Part shown: positions 48,921 through 57,514 of the stretch, one piece after another
Layout: every line of letters starts with the position of its first letter
Position numbering within the stretch: position 1 is the stretch's first letter
Assembly: GCA_030694465.1 (NCBI GenBank)
Contig: JAUXYJ010000103.1
Span: forward strand, 27,057 to 91,056
DNA from: Deltaproteobacteria bacterium
Lineage (GTDB): Bacteria; Myxococcota_A; Polyangia; Polyangiales; Ga0077539
DNA length: 64,000 nucleotides
Direction: 5' to 3'
Program-made: the position numbers and the translations under genes
The notes under the pieces: model-generated
Told to the model about the DNA's origin: nothing
Seen by the model: only the letters and a program-made list of their open reading frames with translations
The model's database searches: none

Positions 48921-49862
48921 ATGACGTATTGGGGACCTGGCGCGATCCCGCCCGGGTACATGCTCGCTCCTGACGGAACCCTCGTCGCCATTCCTCCCGG
49001 AATGGCCCCCCATGCGGGCTATCCCATGGGGCCGATGGCGCACGCACCTGTGCATCCGCCCTACGCAGCGCCCACGTATCCTCAGCAAGCGATGGTCTCG
49101 GTCACCATCACGACCGGCGCTCCGCAGCACGCGATGCATCCGATGCAGCCTGGGTACCCCATGCAGCCTGCGTACCCCATGCAGCCTGGGTATCCCATGC
49201 AGCCGAGCCCGCAGGCGCTGCTCCCGCCCCTGCCCGTGGCAGTGCACACGATGGGACATTCACCTGCAAATATGCACGCACTCTCTGCGGGAACCCCAGC
49301 CGCCTATGCGCCCTCTTGGTCGGGTCACCCGAGCCCCGGAGACTCTGCGTTGGCTCCGGTGAGCGGCGACATCCTCGCGCTTAGAGAGCACACCTTGCAG
49401 ACCGCAGGCGCGCCCGGGAGCTCTCTTCCGTTGGCCACGAGCGCGTTGATTATGGCGTCGGCGTTGCTCACGGTGACCCTGTTTGCGGTGCCTGTCGGGG
49501 CAGTGCTCGCGTCGGCTGCGGTCGCGAGCGGAGTGACCGGCGGCGTGGGGCTATGGCTCATGCGCAAGCGAAAGAAATCGACGCGAGGGCGTGTCGAGCT
49601 AGCGCCCGAGCTACAGGTAAAGATCCTGGATTTTGCCGCACGAAACCGTGGTCGCGTCACGGTCACTTCGTTGGCACAGGGCCTCGGTTTGACCCTGGAC
49701 GAGGCGGACCTTGCGCTCCATGCCATGGCGGGGTCGAACTATGTCGACGTAGAGCTGGACCCCTCGAGCACTGTGATTGTCTACGTGTTTCGCGAGCTCG
49801 TATCGAAGCCAGCGCAGCTTCCTGCGCGGACAACGCCCGAAGGAGCACCCTCAACCCCATGA
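48921..49862 (+). CDS. Pro-rich repeat (PGYPMQP) membrane protein
   Basis: Tandem PGYPMQP repeats, a TM segment (LIMASALLTVTLFAVPVGAVLASAAV), and a C-terminal domain with helix-turn-helix-like LAQGLGLTLDEADLAL. ATG at 48921. Its stop overlaps the next gene's start (ATGA). Confidence 0.5.
   Translation: MTYWGPGAIPPGYMLAPDGTLVAIPPGMAPHAGYPMGPMAHAPVHPPYAAPTYPQQAMVSVTITTGAPQHAMHPMQPGYPMQPAYPMQPGYPMQPSPQALLPPLPVAVHTMGHSPANMHALSAGTPAAYAPSWSGHPSPGDSALAPVSGDILALREHTLQTAGAPGSSLPLATSALIMASALLTVTLFAVPVGAVLASAAVASGVTGGVGLWLMRKRKKSTRGRVELAPELQVKILDFAARNRGRVTVTSLAQGLGLTLDEADLALHAMAGSNYVDVELDPSSTVIVYVFRELVSKPAQLPARTTPEGAPSTP
49129..49206. repeat. 21-bp tandem repeats encoding (PGYPMQP)n
   Basis: cctgggtaccccatgcagcct / gcgtaccccatgcagcct / gggtatcccatgcagccg seen directly. 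Confidence 0.6.
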
Positions 49863-50746
49863 GCGAAGCCGACCCACGCAGCGGCACCGAAGCGACCACT
49901 GACCCGCTGGCACAGGCCCTCGGTGCTCCCACTTCGTCTGCAAATTCACCGACAAACACCACAGAGCCGCTTGGCACCCCTTCGCCAGCGCCTCTGTCTG
50001 CACCCGCTGCACCTCCCCCGAGCGAGCCCAAGGGCGCGATTGTCCCCGTCGCCGCTTGGCCTCCGCCCGCGACCGTCGCGCAAGAGTCTCCGTGGTACGC
50101 GGGACAAGCATCCGGCTACGTCGCCGGCCCCCAGCCACAGCCCGCACAGCACGTCCCCGCGACGCCCGTCTACGCAGCGCCACCACAGCCGCACTACGCA
50201 CCACAGCAGCCGCAATACGCTCCTCCACAGCAGTACGCACAGCCGCAGCCGCAATACGCGCCACCACAGCCGCAGTATCCGCTGGCGCATGTGCCGTACG
50301 CGCCACCACAGCCGCAGTACGCTCCTCCACAGCAGTACGCACAGCCGCAGTACGCTCAACCGCAGTACGCACAGCCGCAGTACGCGCCGCAGCACGTCCA
50401 CCCAGCGTACATGCAGCCGCAGCCGATGCCCTATGCACCTCCGCCGCAGACGGTCGTGCATGTCGTGGTTCAACAGCAACCCATGATGGCGATGATGCCG
50501 TACGCGCGCGCCGGCACCGTCGTACGCACCGGAAACGCCAACCGCGTAGTGTACGCAATCCTAGCGTTTTTGCTGGGTTGGATCGGTCTGCACAAGTTCT
50601 ATCAGGGCAAACCGTTCTGGGGGCTCTTGTACATGCTGACCGCGTGGACAGGCGTGCCCGCGATCGTGTCTTGGATCGAAGGGCTGGTCGCGCTCTTTCA
50701 GACGGACATGGCTTTCGACATCGAGAACAACGTCCAAGTCCTCTAG
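49859..50746 (+). CDS. TM2-domain protein with N-terminal Pro/Gln/Tyr-rich (QPQYA) repeats
   Basis: C-terminal TM2 domain (YAILAFLLGWIGLHKFYQGKPFWGLLYMLTAWTGVPAIVSWIEGL). 15-bp repeats cagccgcagtacgc(n) encode QPQYA. Coupled to the upstream gene. Confidence 0.65.
   Translation: MSEADPRSGTEATTDPLAQALGAPTSSANSPTNTTEPLGTPSPAPLSAPAAPPPSEPKGAIVPVAAWPPPATVAQESPWYAGQASGYVAGPQPQPAQHVPATPVYAAPPQPHYAPQQPQYAPPQQYAQPQPQYAPPQPQYPLAHVPYAPPQPQYAPPQQYAQPQYAQPQYAQPQYAPQHVHPAYMQPQPMPYAPPPQTVVHVVVQQQPMMAMMPYARAGTVVRTGNANRVVYAILAFLLGWIGLHKFYQGKPFWGLLYMLTAWTGVPAIVSWIEGLVALFQTDMAFDIENNVQVL
50170..50420. repeat. Imperfect 15-bp tandem repeats encoding (Y/QPQYAPP)n
   Basis: Repeated cagccgcagtacgc(g/a/t) units are visible. 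Confidence 0.6.
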
Positions 50747-50802
50747 CCACGGTGTGTTTGCTGGCGCTTTGCAAGGGTTGGAATTATTGCCGTGGCTCAT
50801 CG

Positions 50803-51783
50803 ATGACCACCCGCAACGTCGCGCTCCTCGTGCTCGCTCTTTTGGCTGCATGTTCTCCTGTGAATTTGCAGACTGATGCGTCTTTTGAGGCGAGCCTAAG
50901 TGATCAAACCAGCCCGCCCGACAACGCGCAGTCGCCCTCGTCGGACGCTTCGGTCGACGTCTCACAAGACACCTCGATCGAGGACGCGCAAGACAGCGGC
51001 GGGGACGCCTCGGTAGGCTCGGGGGGCGCTGGGGGGATCACCTGCCAGAGCGTGCAAATGGCCACGCAAAATGGCGTAACCTATCGCATTTGTGTCGCTA
51101 CGATCGAGGGCATCGAGCTCAAGCTCATCGCGCCCAACGCGGACGCAGACCCCGCGCCATGGTGGCTCGCGCTCTATCTTCACGGAGACGGAGCCCGCGC
51201 ACATGACAACAACACCGCGCCGCGCTTGCAGGCTCCATGGACGAGCACGCACAGGGCGCTCTACGTCTCAGCGCGAGCGCCCAACCGCTGCGCCTGGTGG
51301 CTACGCCCTGGCTACACCGCGTGCGATGGCACCGTGGCCCCTGGAGACATTGACACGACGGGCGAAAACGCACGCGCTTTTGCGACGGTGATCAGCACGC
51401 TGCGCGCGCGCTACAACGTGCGAACCGACGCGACGCTCTTTGCGGGCTCGTCGGGTGGCTCGTTCTTTTTGACCGCGAGCTTCTTGCCGATGTTTGGTGC
51501 GACGCTCCGTGGCGCGTTTGCGCTTGGTTGCGGAGCGCACGCGCCTTGGTCCAACAGCCTCGCGTGGAATGGCCGCGATGCCGCGCTGCGTGGCCCCACT
51601 TCTCTGTATTTTACCTACGGCGACCAAGATGAGTTTCTCGCGGACATCCGCGGAGGCATTGGATTTTATCGCACCGAGGGCTTCTTGATCGACGAGCGCG
51701 TGCTCGCTGGCTTGGGGCATTGCGCGTTTGATCACATCGGCCGCGCGGTCGAGGTCTGGCAGCAATACAGCAGCACGCGCTGA
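50803..51783 (+). CDS. Lipoprotein, alpha/beta-hydrolase-fold esterase (PHB-depolymerase-like)
   Basis: Lipobox LLAACS. GxSxG nucleophile elbow (FAGSSGGSF) and a LHGDGA motif. Confidence 0.5.
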   Translation: MTTRNVALLVLALLAACSPVNLQTDASFEASLSDQTSPPDNAQSPSSDASVDVSQDTSIEDAQDSGGDASVGSGGAGGITCQSVQMATQNGVTYRICVATIEGIELKLIAPNADADPAPWWLALYLHGDGARAHDNNTAPRLQAPWTSTHRALYVSARAPNRCAWWLRPGYTACDGTVAPGDIDTTGENARAFATVISTLRARYNVRTDATLFAGSSGGSFFLTASFLPMFGATLRGAFALGCGAHAPWSNSLAWNGRDAALRGPTSLYFTYGDQDEFLADIRGGIGFYRTEGFLIDERVLAGLGHCAFDHIGRAVEVWQQYSSTR

Positions 51784-51912
51784 AGCCCTCGGACGACAGT
51801 TCAACTACAGAAATTCCTGAAGCTTCTCTGCACAAAGCCAGCTCGCTGCGCGCACGAAATTCATCGACGAGAACGCGCGTTTGTCCAAGCTCTCATGCTA
51901 TGACCGTAGGCT

Positions 51913-52761
51913 ATGAAGCGAGTGGGATGGGCACAAAGGGTAGGGGCGTTCGCGGTATTCACTGGTTTTTGTCTGGCATCTGTGTGCTGCGCTCCTGCCC
52001 CGGTCGTCCCTCCTCCGTGCAGCGGAGACAACTGCTCGCTCGGCAACCAGCCTCCTGCGGTGGGCGGCGGCGGGGGTACGCGGCGCGACGCGGGCACGAG
52101 TGACACAGGCACCGCAGACCCCGATGCGAGCGCTGCCAACACCCGCATCGAGGGAACGGTAGCCGAAATCACAACCCTACCCCGCACTCTCCCCGCGCAC
52201 ACGGTACCCCTCATGGGGTGGTCCGTACAGCCATTGCTGGACCTCACGGTGCCCGCCGTTGTCACCGATCGCGTGGGTCACTTTGCGATCACCGCGACGC
52301 CGGACATGCAGGGGATCGCCGCCGTGCGTGCCCAGTCCAACGACGGCCGCCAGTGCGCCATTGGACAGAGTCAGGACAGCCGCGACCGCGCCAACACAGG
52401 CGTCGTCGCGCTCAGCACTGCGCGGCTTGAGACCGCCGCCGCGATCGCTAACATCACGGTGGATCCCGTCCGAGCACACCTCGCGCTTGAGCTCGAAGAT
52501 GGCACCGGCGCGCGTGCTCCCGAAGTAAACGTCACGGTGACCTCGCCGCTCGCTGCGAACACGCTCTACGACACCGCGGGAGGGAGCTTCGCGGTGGTCG
52601 CGGCGAGCGGCCCGCAGGGGATGGCCCTCGTGCTCAATCTTGACCCAGGGCTCACACCGACAACGATCTCGCTGACCCTCTCGCGCGCAGGTCGACTGCG
52701 GATGGCGCGCGCGTATGTCTCGCGCGGATGCGTGACGTTTCTGCGGCTTGTTGCGCCGTAA
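51913..52761 (+). CDS. Hypothetical secreted lipoprotein
   Basis: Signal with Cys (FCLASVCC), a Gly-rich linker and a beta-rich C-terminal region. Confidence 0.45.
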   Translation: MKRVGWAQRVGAFAVFTGFCLASVCCAPAPVVPPPCSGDNCSLGNQPPAVGGGGGTRRDAGTSDTGTADPDASAANTRIEGTVAEITTLPRTLPAHTVPLMGWSVQPLLDLTVPAVVTDRVGHFAITATPDMQGIAAVRAQSNDGRQCAIGQSQDSRDRANTGVVALSTARLETAAAIANITVDPVRAHLALELEDGTGARAPEVNVTVTSPLAANTLYDTAGGSFAVVAASGPQGMALVLNLDPGLTPTTISLTLSRAGRLRMARAYVSRGCVTFLRLVAP

Positions 52762-52883
52762 ACGCACGCAATCTCGAGCGCACAGCGGGGGGCCATTGTG
52801 TGTTAGGACGCGAGCTCATGGGGCGCTCGGCCTCGACGGCGAGCTGCCCTCGATTCACTGCCCCTTCACGCGTGGTGTAGCTC

Positions 52884-53387
52884 ATGAACGACAGGCCCTT
52901 TCGCATCCTTGGTGTGCAGCAAATCGCGCTCGGAGCGCTCGACAAGGCCCCGTTGCGCGCGCTCTGGGTGGACCTCTTAGGGCTCACGCCACACAGCACC
53001 TATCGCAGCGAGCGCGAGAACGTCGACGAGGACATTGTCATCGCGGGACTCGGTGATTTTGCAGTCGAAATCGATTTGATGCAGCCCATTGATCCCGGCG
53101 CAAAGCCTGCCGTTCATCTGCCCGCGCTCAACCACGTCGGGCTCTGGGTAGACTCGCTGCACGACGCGGTCACGTGGCTCACCGCCCAGGGACTGCGCTT
53201 CGCGCCGGGCGGAATCCGCAAGGGCGCCGCGGGCTTCGACGTGTGCTTTGTGCACCCCAAAGGCTCAAGCGAACAGCCGCGCTCGGGCGAGGGCGTGCTG
53301 ATCGAACTCGTGCAGGCACCGCCCAACGTGATCGCCGCATTCGACGCGCTCGCACACGCGACCAAGCACGCAGGAGAGACCCGATGA
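52884..53387 (+). CDS. VOC-family (glyoxalase/methylmalonyl-CoA-epimerase-like) protein
   Basis: Two beta-alpha-beta-beta-beta modules with His/Glu ligands ([18 protein letters not shown]). Confidence 0.55.
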   Translation: MNDRPFRILGVQQIALGALDKAPLRALWVDLLGLTPHSTYRSERENVDEDIVIAGLGDFAVEIDLMQPIDPGAKPAVHLPALNHVGLWVDSLHDAVTWLTAQGLRFAPGGIRKGAAGFDVCFVHPKGSSEQPRSGEGVLIELVQAPPNVIAAFDALAHATKHAGETR

Positions 53388-54991
53388 CACAGCTTCGATG
53401 CGCAGGATTTTGGACCCCTTCGGACACCGCGATCGCGACCGACGCCGCGTCCATTGCCGCGATCGCACAGCGCGTCCGCGAGCCCGTGCACGTTGTTCAA
53501 TCGCACGATGGACACGTGGGTCTCGCCACCGGGGGGCAGATTCATGCGGGGCAAATCGCAGGGAGTTTGCCGTTGCTCGGCACGCTCCCGCCGCTCTATC
53601 CCGAGTGGCTGGGCGACCGAACATTTAACGAGGTGCACGGCGTGCGCTTCTCGTACGTTGCGGGCGAGATGGCCAACGGGATCGCGACGACGGCGATGGT
53701 CATCGCGATGGCGCGCGCAGAAATGTTGGGCTTCTTCGGCGCCGCGGGGCTGTCATTTCAGCGCGTTGAGAGTGCGGTGACCGAGTGTCTCACAGCGCTC
53801 GGCCCCAAGGCTCCGTGGGGAGTCAATCTCATCCACTCGCCCAACGAGAGCGCACTCGAAGAGCGCGTCGCGCGGATGCTGGTCGAGCGCGAAGTGCCCC
53901 TGGTGAGCTGCTCTGCCTTCATGGGCCTTACGCCCGCGGTGGTCTACGCCAGCGCCGCCGGTTTGCGTGTCAATTCGCAGGGAAACATCGAACGCCCGCG
54001 CGGGATCTTCGCCAAGATTTCTCGTCCCGAGGTGGCCTCGAGGTTCATCGCGCCCGCGCCCGACGACATGCTCCAAGCGCTGGTCTCGCGCGGATGGCTC
54101 ACGCAAGAAGAAGCGCAGCTCGCGTCGAGAGTCTCGGTCGCAGAGGACATCACCGTCGAGAGCGACTCGGGCGGGCACACGGACAATCGCCCGCTCAACG
54201 CGCTGTTTCCGGCGATCTTGAGCGTGCGTGACGCGCTGGTCGCAAAGCATGGTCTCACGCGCCCTGTGCGTGTGGGTGCGGCAGGCGGACTCGGGACACC
54301 GAGCGCGATTGCAGCTGCGTTTTCGCTGGGCGCTGCGTACGTGGTCACCGGCAGCGTGAACCAATGTGCCGTCGAAGCAGGGCTCTCTCCGCTGGCCAAA
54401 TCGCTGCTCGCCAAGGCCGACGTGGCCGACGTCATCATGGCCCCGGCGGCGGACATGTTTGAGCTGGGCGTCGACGTGCAAGTGCTGCGACGTGGGACCA
54501 TGTTTGGTGTCCGCGCGCAGAAACTCTACGAGATTTACAGCACGCACGAGAGCATGGAGAGCATCGCGCCAGACGTCCGCGCCAAGCTCGAGCGCGACCT
54601 ATTTCGCCAACCGCTCGACGCCGTGTGGGAAGAGACCCGCGCGTTCTGGGGGCGCCGCGACCAAGAAGAGCTCAACAAGGCGCTACGCGAGCCCAAGCAC
54701 AAGATGGCCCTGACATTTCGCTGGTATCTCGGCATGGCCTCGCGATGGGCGATCGACGGCGAGCCCTCACGCGCCGCGGACTACCAGGTCTGGTGTGGCC
54801 CCGCGATGGGCGCATTTAACCGCTGGGTCGAGGGCTCGTACCTCGCGCCCCAAGAGAACCGAACGGTCGTGCAAATCGCGCTCAACTTGCTCGAAGGAGC
54901 CGCCGTTGTCACCCGCGCACAACAGCTCCGAGTGTACGGCGCACCCGTGGGCTCAGAGGCCTTTGGCTACGTCCCGCGCGCGCTCGATTGA
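53384..54991 (+). CDS. PfaD-family enoyl reductase (nitronate-monooxygenase-like TIM barrel)
   Basis: The FMN/NMO-like motif [12 protein letters not shown] and Gly-rich stretches (GAAGGLGTP) match the PfaD/trans-acting ER family. Length about 535 aa. AGGAGAG RBS. Its start overlaps the VOC stop (ATGA). Confidence 0.7.
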   Translation: MTQLRCAGFWTPSDTAIATDAASIAAIAQRVREPVHVVQSHDGHVGLATGGQIHAGQIAGSLPLLGTLPPLYPEWLGDRTFNEVHGVRFSYVAGEMANGIATTAMVIAMARAEMLGFFGAAGLSFQRVESAVTECLTALGPKAPWGVNLIHSPNESALEERVARMLVEREVPLVSCSAFMGLTPAVVYASAAGLRVNSQGNIERPRGIFAKISRPEVASRFIAPAPDDMLQALVSRGWLTQEEAQLASRVSVAEDITVESDSGGHTDNRPLNALFPAILSVRDALVAKHGLTRPVRVGAAGGLGTPSAIAAAFSLGAAYVVTGSVNQCAVEAGLSPLAKSLLAKADVADVIMAPAADMFELGVDVQVLRRGTMFGVRAQKLYEIYSTHESMESIAPDVRAKLERDLFRQPLDAVWEETRAFWGRRDQEELNKALREPKHKMALTFRWYLGMASRWAIDGEPSRAADYQVWCGPAMGAFNRWVEGSYLAPQENRTVVQIALNLLEGAAVVTRAQQLRVYGAPVGSEAFGYVPRALD

Positions 54992-55044
54992 GCTGCAATG
55001 GCCGCGATCTCGTGCAAGACTCTGACGCACGGGAGGTAGAGCCA

Positions 55045-55998
55045 ATGAGTAGATTCTGGGGACACACGTGGGTGCTTGCGCTGGGCTTGAGTGCGGGGTG
55101 CATGCCGCCGGGGCCGTCGCCAACAGATGCTGCGCATGGCGATGCGGCAGGAGATAGGACAGCGCGTGCAGATTCGTCAGGCGATGTGCTGCATCGCGGC
55201 GACGGCGACGTTGGGGTGGACGCGGATGACTGCAACGGCTGTGGTGGCAGCATTCGATGCCCCTCGGGCGCTCACGTTGACTGCGTTGCTCCGATGTCTT
55301 GCTCAAGCAGAGATCAGCCGTATGTCACAACCGGAGCGCCGGTAAACGCATGCACTCAAGAAGAAGCGGTGCGACTGCTCAGGATGGATATTTGCTCGGT
55401 GCCCTACGTGATTGGGCGATCGAGTTGTCCGGGTCCGCTACCAAGATGCAGTGCGACTCGGCGCGATCCTCGCTATGCGCGCTGTCAGCGCATCACACCA
55501 ACAACCCCCTACGTCGATCATCTGCTCGGGCAGTTGTGTGAGCAACAGCCCTCCGAAGGTTCGCCATGCACCGAGGCGTGGAACTGCCACCCAGCACCCG
55601 ATCTGCCTGACTTCAACCTGATCTGTGTCGCCGGGGCATGCCAACGAGTCCCGCGCCCCACGCCGCCACCCGAGTTCGCAACGAGCTGCGAAATCCCAGA
55701 CGCAATGCTCGTTCGTGGGGTCCGGCAGCTCAGCGGTGAGCAGTCCTGTCTCATCTCGGGGGCGCCCGGATGCTGGCGGCAACAACGCACCCTGACATGC
55801 CTCGTCGACGAGCAGTGCCCCGCTGGCTTTGACTGCTCGGTGACGGACCGATGCGAAGGCGCCTGTGTCCCGCGCGCGTGGGGACGACAGCTCGGGTCGA
55901 TCCCAACAAGCTGCTCCGGCGACGACGCCGGATCCCCACCCAGCGACGTCGCCGGGTCTCTCTCCGATGCCACTGCCGACGCAGTCTCTCGCGATTGA
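55045..55998 (+). CDS. Cys-rich secreted lipoprotein
   Basis: GGGAGG RBS 10 nt upstream of the ATG at 55045. Lipobox LGLSAGC. About 28 Cys in the mature region. Confidence 0.5.
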   Translation: MSRFWGHTWVLALGLSAGCMPPGPSPTDAAHGDAAGDRTARADSSGDVLHRGDGDVGVDADDCNGCGGSIRCPSGAHVDCVAPMSCSSRDQPYVTTGAPVNACTQEEAVRLLRMDICSVPYVIGRSSCPGPLPRCSATRRDPRYARCQRITPTTPYVDHLLGQLCEQQPSEGSPCTEAWNCHPAPDLPDFNLICVAGACQRVPRPTPPPEFATSCEIPDAMLVRGVRQLSGEQSCLISGAPGCWRQQRTLTCLVDEQCPAGFDCSVTDRCEGACVPRAWGRQLGSIPTSCSGDDAGSPPSDVAGSLSDATADAVSRD

Positions 55999-56017
55999 GC
56001 TGAAATAATCCAGCGCA

Positions 56018-56914
56018 CTATCGCTTCGAGATCCCCTCACGCACGCGCTTGATCGCCTCATCCAGTCGCGTGCGGGGGACGCTGACCCGCGTGGGCATCC
56101 CGCCCTGGATCCCAAGCAGCGCGAGGAGATCAACCCCCGAGTCAAACGCCGCCGCAAAGGTCACCGTCTGGTCGTCAAAGACCATCGAGACCTTCGCGCG
56201 CTTCTGCCCCAGCAAGAGCACCAGGGTCTTGTCATAGTGCCCCTCGCGCTCGACAAAACCGGTCGCGTCCACGATCGCCAGAGAGCCTTGCAGCACATAG
56301 CGCTCGGCCAAGCGCTCGGCGCGCTCTTCGTGCAACGCAAACGCATCGGCCGCGTCATCAATGCGCCCGCGTGCGTCTGGGTCTCTCAGACCACCGACCA
56401 AGTACCCGAGCACATCGCGCCGCAAGCGCTCGTCTCGGTGCTGCCCTCGCAGCGCACGATCCATCCATTGCCCAACACGCGAGCAAGTGCCCGTGCGGGT
56501 GTCCACGGCGCGCGCGTCTGCGTCTGCGCCCTCGTAGGGCTCGCGGCCTTCGAGCAGCCACTTGGCCGCCGAATAGATCCCGTCGAGGTCGTCGTGACAC
56601 ACGACCGTGTCGACGGGCCCAGTGTCTTGGACCAGCGCCGGAGTCACCAGCTCGGGGCACGCGCCGTGCTGCTGTTTGGTAAAGAGCACAAAGCGTGGAT
56701 CGCTGGCATATCGCTGGTGGAGTTCGTGGTCGTGGTGGTCGACCCAGCGCGCCAAGCGGTCACCGAGTCCCGCGATAAAGTGTCCGGTGATCTTGTCAAA
56801 GCTCGCGCCGGTCCCGTCGGCGGCGAAGGCAATGTCGAGCACCACGACGCGACCTGCGAGCGCGGTGACCTTGGGGAGCTTGCGCGGAGTCGCGAAGAAA
56901 ACAGCGGGTTTCAC
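56018..56914 (-). CDS. Hypothetical protein (His/Asp-rich putative metal-dependent hydrolase-like)
   Basis: GTG start. Motifs VDHHDHELH and CHDDLDG suggest metal binding; no confident family assignment. Confidence 0.4.
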   Translation of the reverse strand: MKPAVFFATPRKLPKVTALAGRVVVLDIAFAADGTGASFDKITGHFIAGLGDRLARWVDHHDHELHQRYASDPRFVLFTKQQHGACPELVTPALVQDTGPVDTVVCHDDLDGIYSAAKWLLEGREPYEGADADARAVDTRTGTCSRVGQWMDRALRGQHRDERLRRDVLGYLVGGLRDPDARGRIDDAADAFALHEERAERLAERYVLQGSLAIVDATGFVEREGHYDKTLVLLLGQKRAKVSMVFDDQTVTFAAAFDSGVDLLALLGIQGGMPTRVSVPRTRLDEAIKRVREGISKR

Positions 56915-56957
56915 TCAACGAATATGCGCGCAAATGGGGCACTGAGCACCGCGTAAA

Positions 56958-57455
56958 TTACTCGCCCGCGGGGTCCATGCACACGACACGGTCGCGCGCG
57001 ATGGCGCCGCTGGTGGGCTCGCCGTTGGCGCCTCGCGCGGCGGGCTCGAATCCTTGCGGAAGCGTCGCGCCAGCGAAATCAGCGAGCCACACGTGCGTGT
57101 CGTCCATGCGCACCACGGTGCCCTCTGCGATGACGCGATCCAGCGTCTCGACCCGAACACGGCGATCGACAAAGCGCGTCCACGGGTCTTGTGTCGCACC
57201 GAGGCCCACAAACGCCCGCAAATGCTCAGTCCAAACAAACTGTCCGCGCGGGTCTAGCAGGTCCAAACGGAGCTCATTGACGAGCTTCACAGAGCTCTCA
57301 AGCCACGCCTGCCAGCACGCAGCGCACACCTTCTCGTGGATCTCTTGGCCTAGCGCTGCCAGCACTGTGCCCGTACGAAACGGAGGGCGCGCCATCCGTG
57401 GGCCAGTGTTTTTGCAGCGAACACAGAGAACTTCGTTTGCAGCTGGGTCTGTCAT
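56958..57455 (-). CDS. YggX-like Fe(II)-trafficking/oxidative-damage-protection domain protein with C-terminal extension
   Basis: N-terminal ~85 aa carry a YggX-like pattern (CVRCK...GxxxHEKVCAACWQAWLESSVKLVNELRLDLLDP). An extra ~80 aa follow. Confidence 0.5.
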   Translation of the reverse strand: MTDPAANEVLCVRCKNTGPRMARPPFRTGTVLAALGQEIHEKVCAACWQAWLESSVKLVNELRLDLLDPRGQFVWTEHLRAFVGLGATQDPWTRFVDRRVRVETLDRVIAEGTVVRMDDTHVWLADFAGATLPQGFEPAARGANGEPTSGAIARDRVVCMDPAGE

Positions 57456-57514
57456 GGCGTCGTAGCGCAAGAGATACACCCTGCGCTGTCACCCCACGCA
57501 ACGCAAAGCTCGGC

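Noticed and set aside
49553-49858. Upstream extension of the TM2-domain ORF
   Set aside because: It overlaps the preceding gene. The ATG at 49859 forms an ATGA coupling with the upstream stop, and the protein begins sensibly there.
50056-50802. 5' part of a 575-aa ORF running through the QPQYA repeat region in a different frame
   Set aside because: The repeat DNA is open in multiple frames. The frame ending in a TM2 domain is biologically coherent. The esterase-like lipoprotein downstream has its own ATG and signal peptide at 50803.
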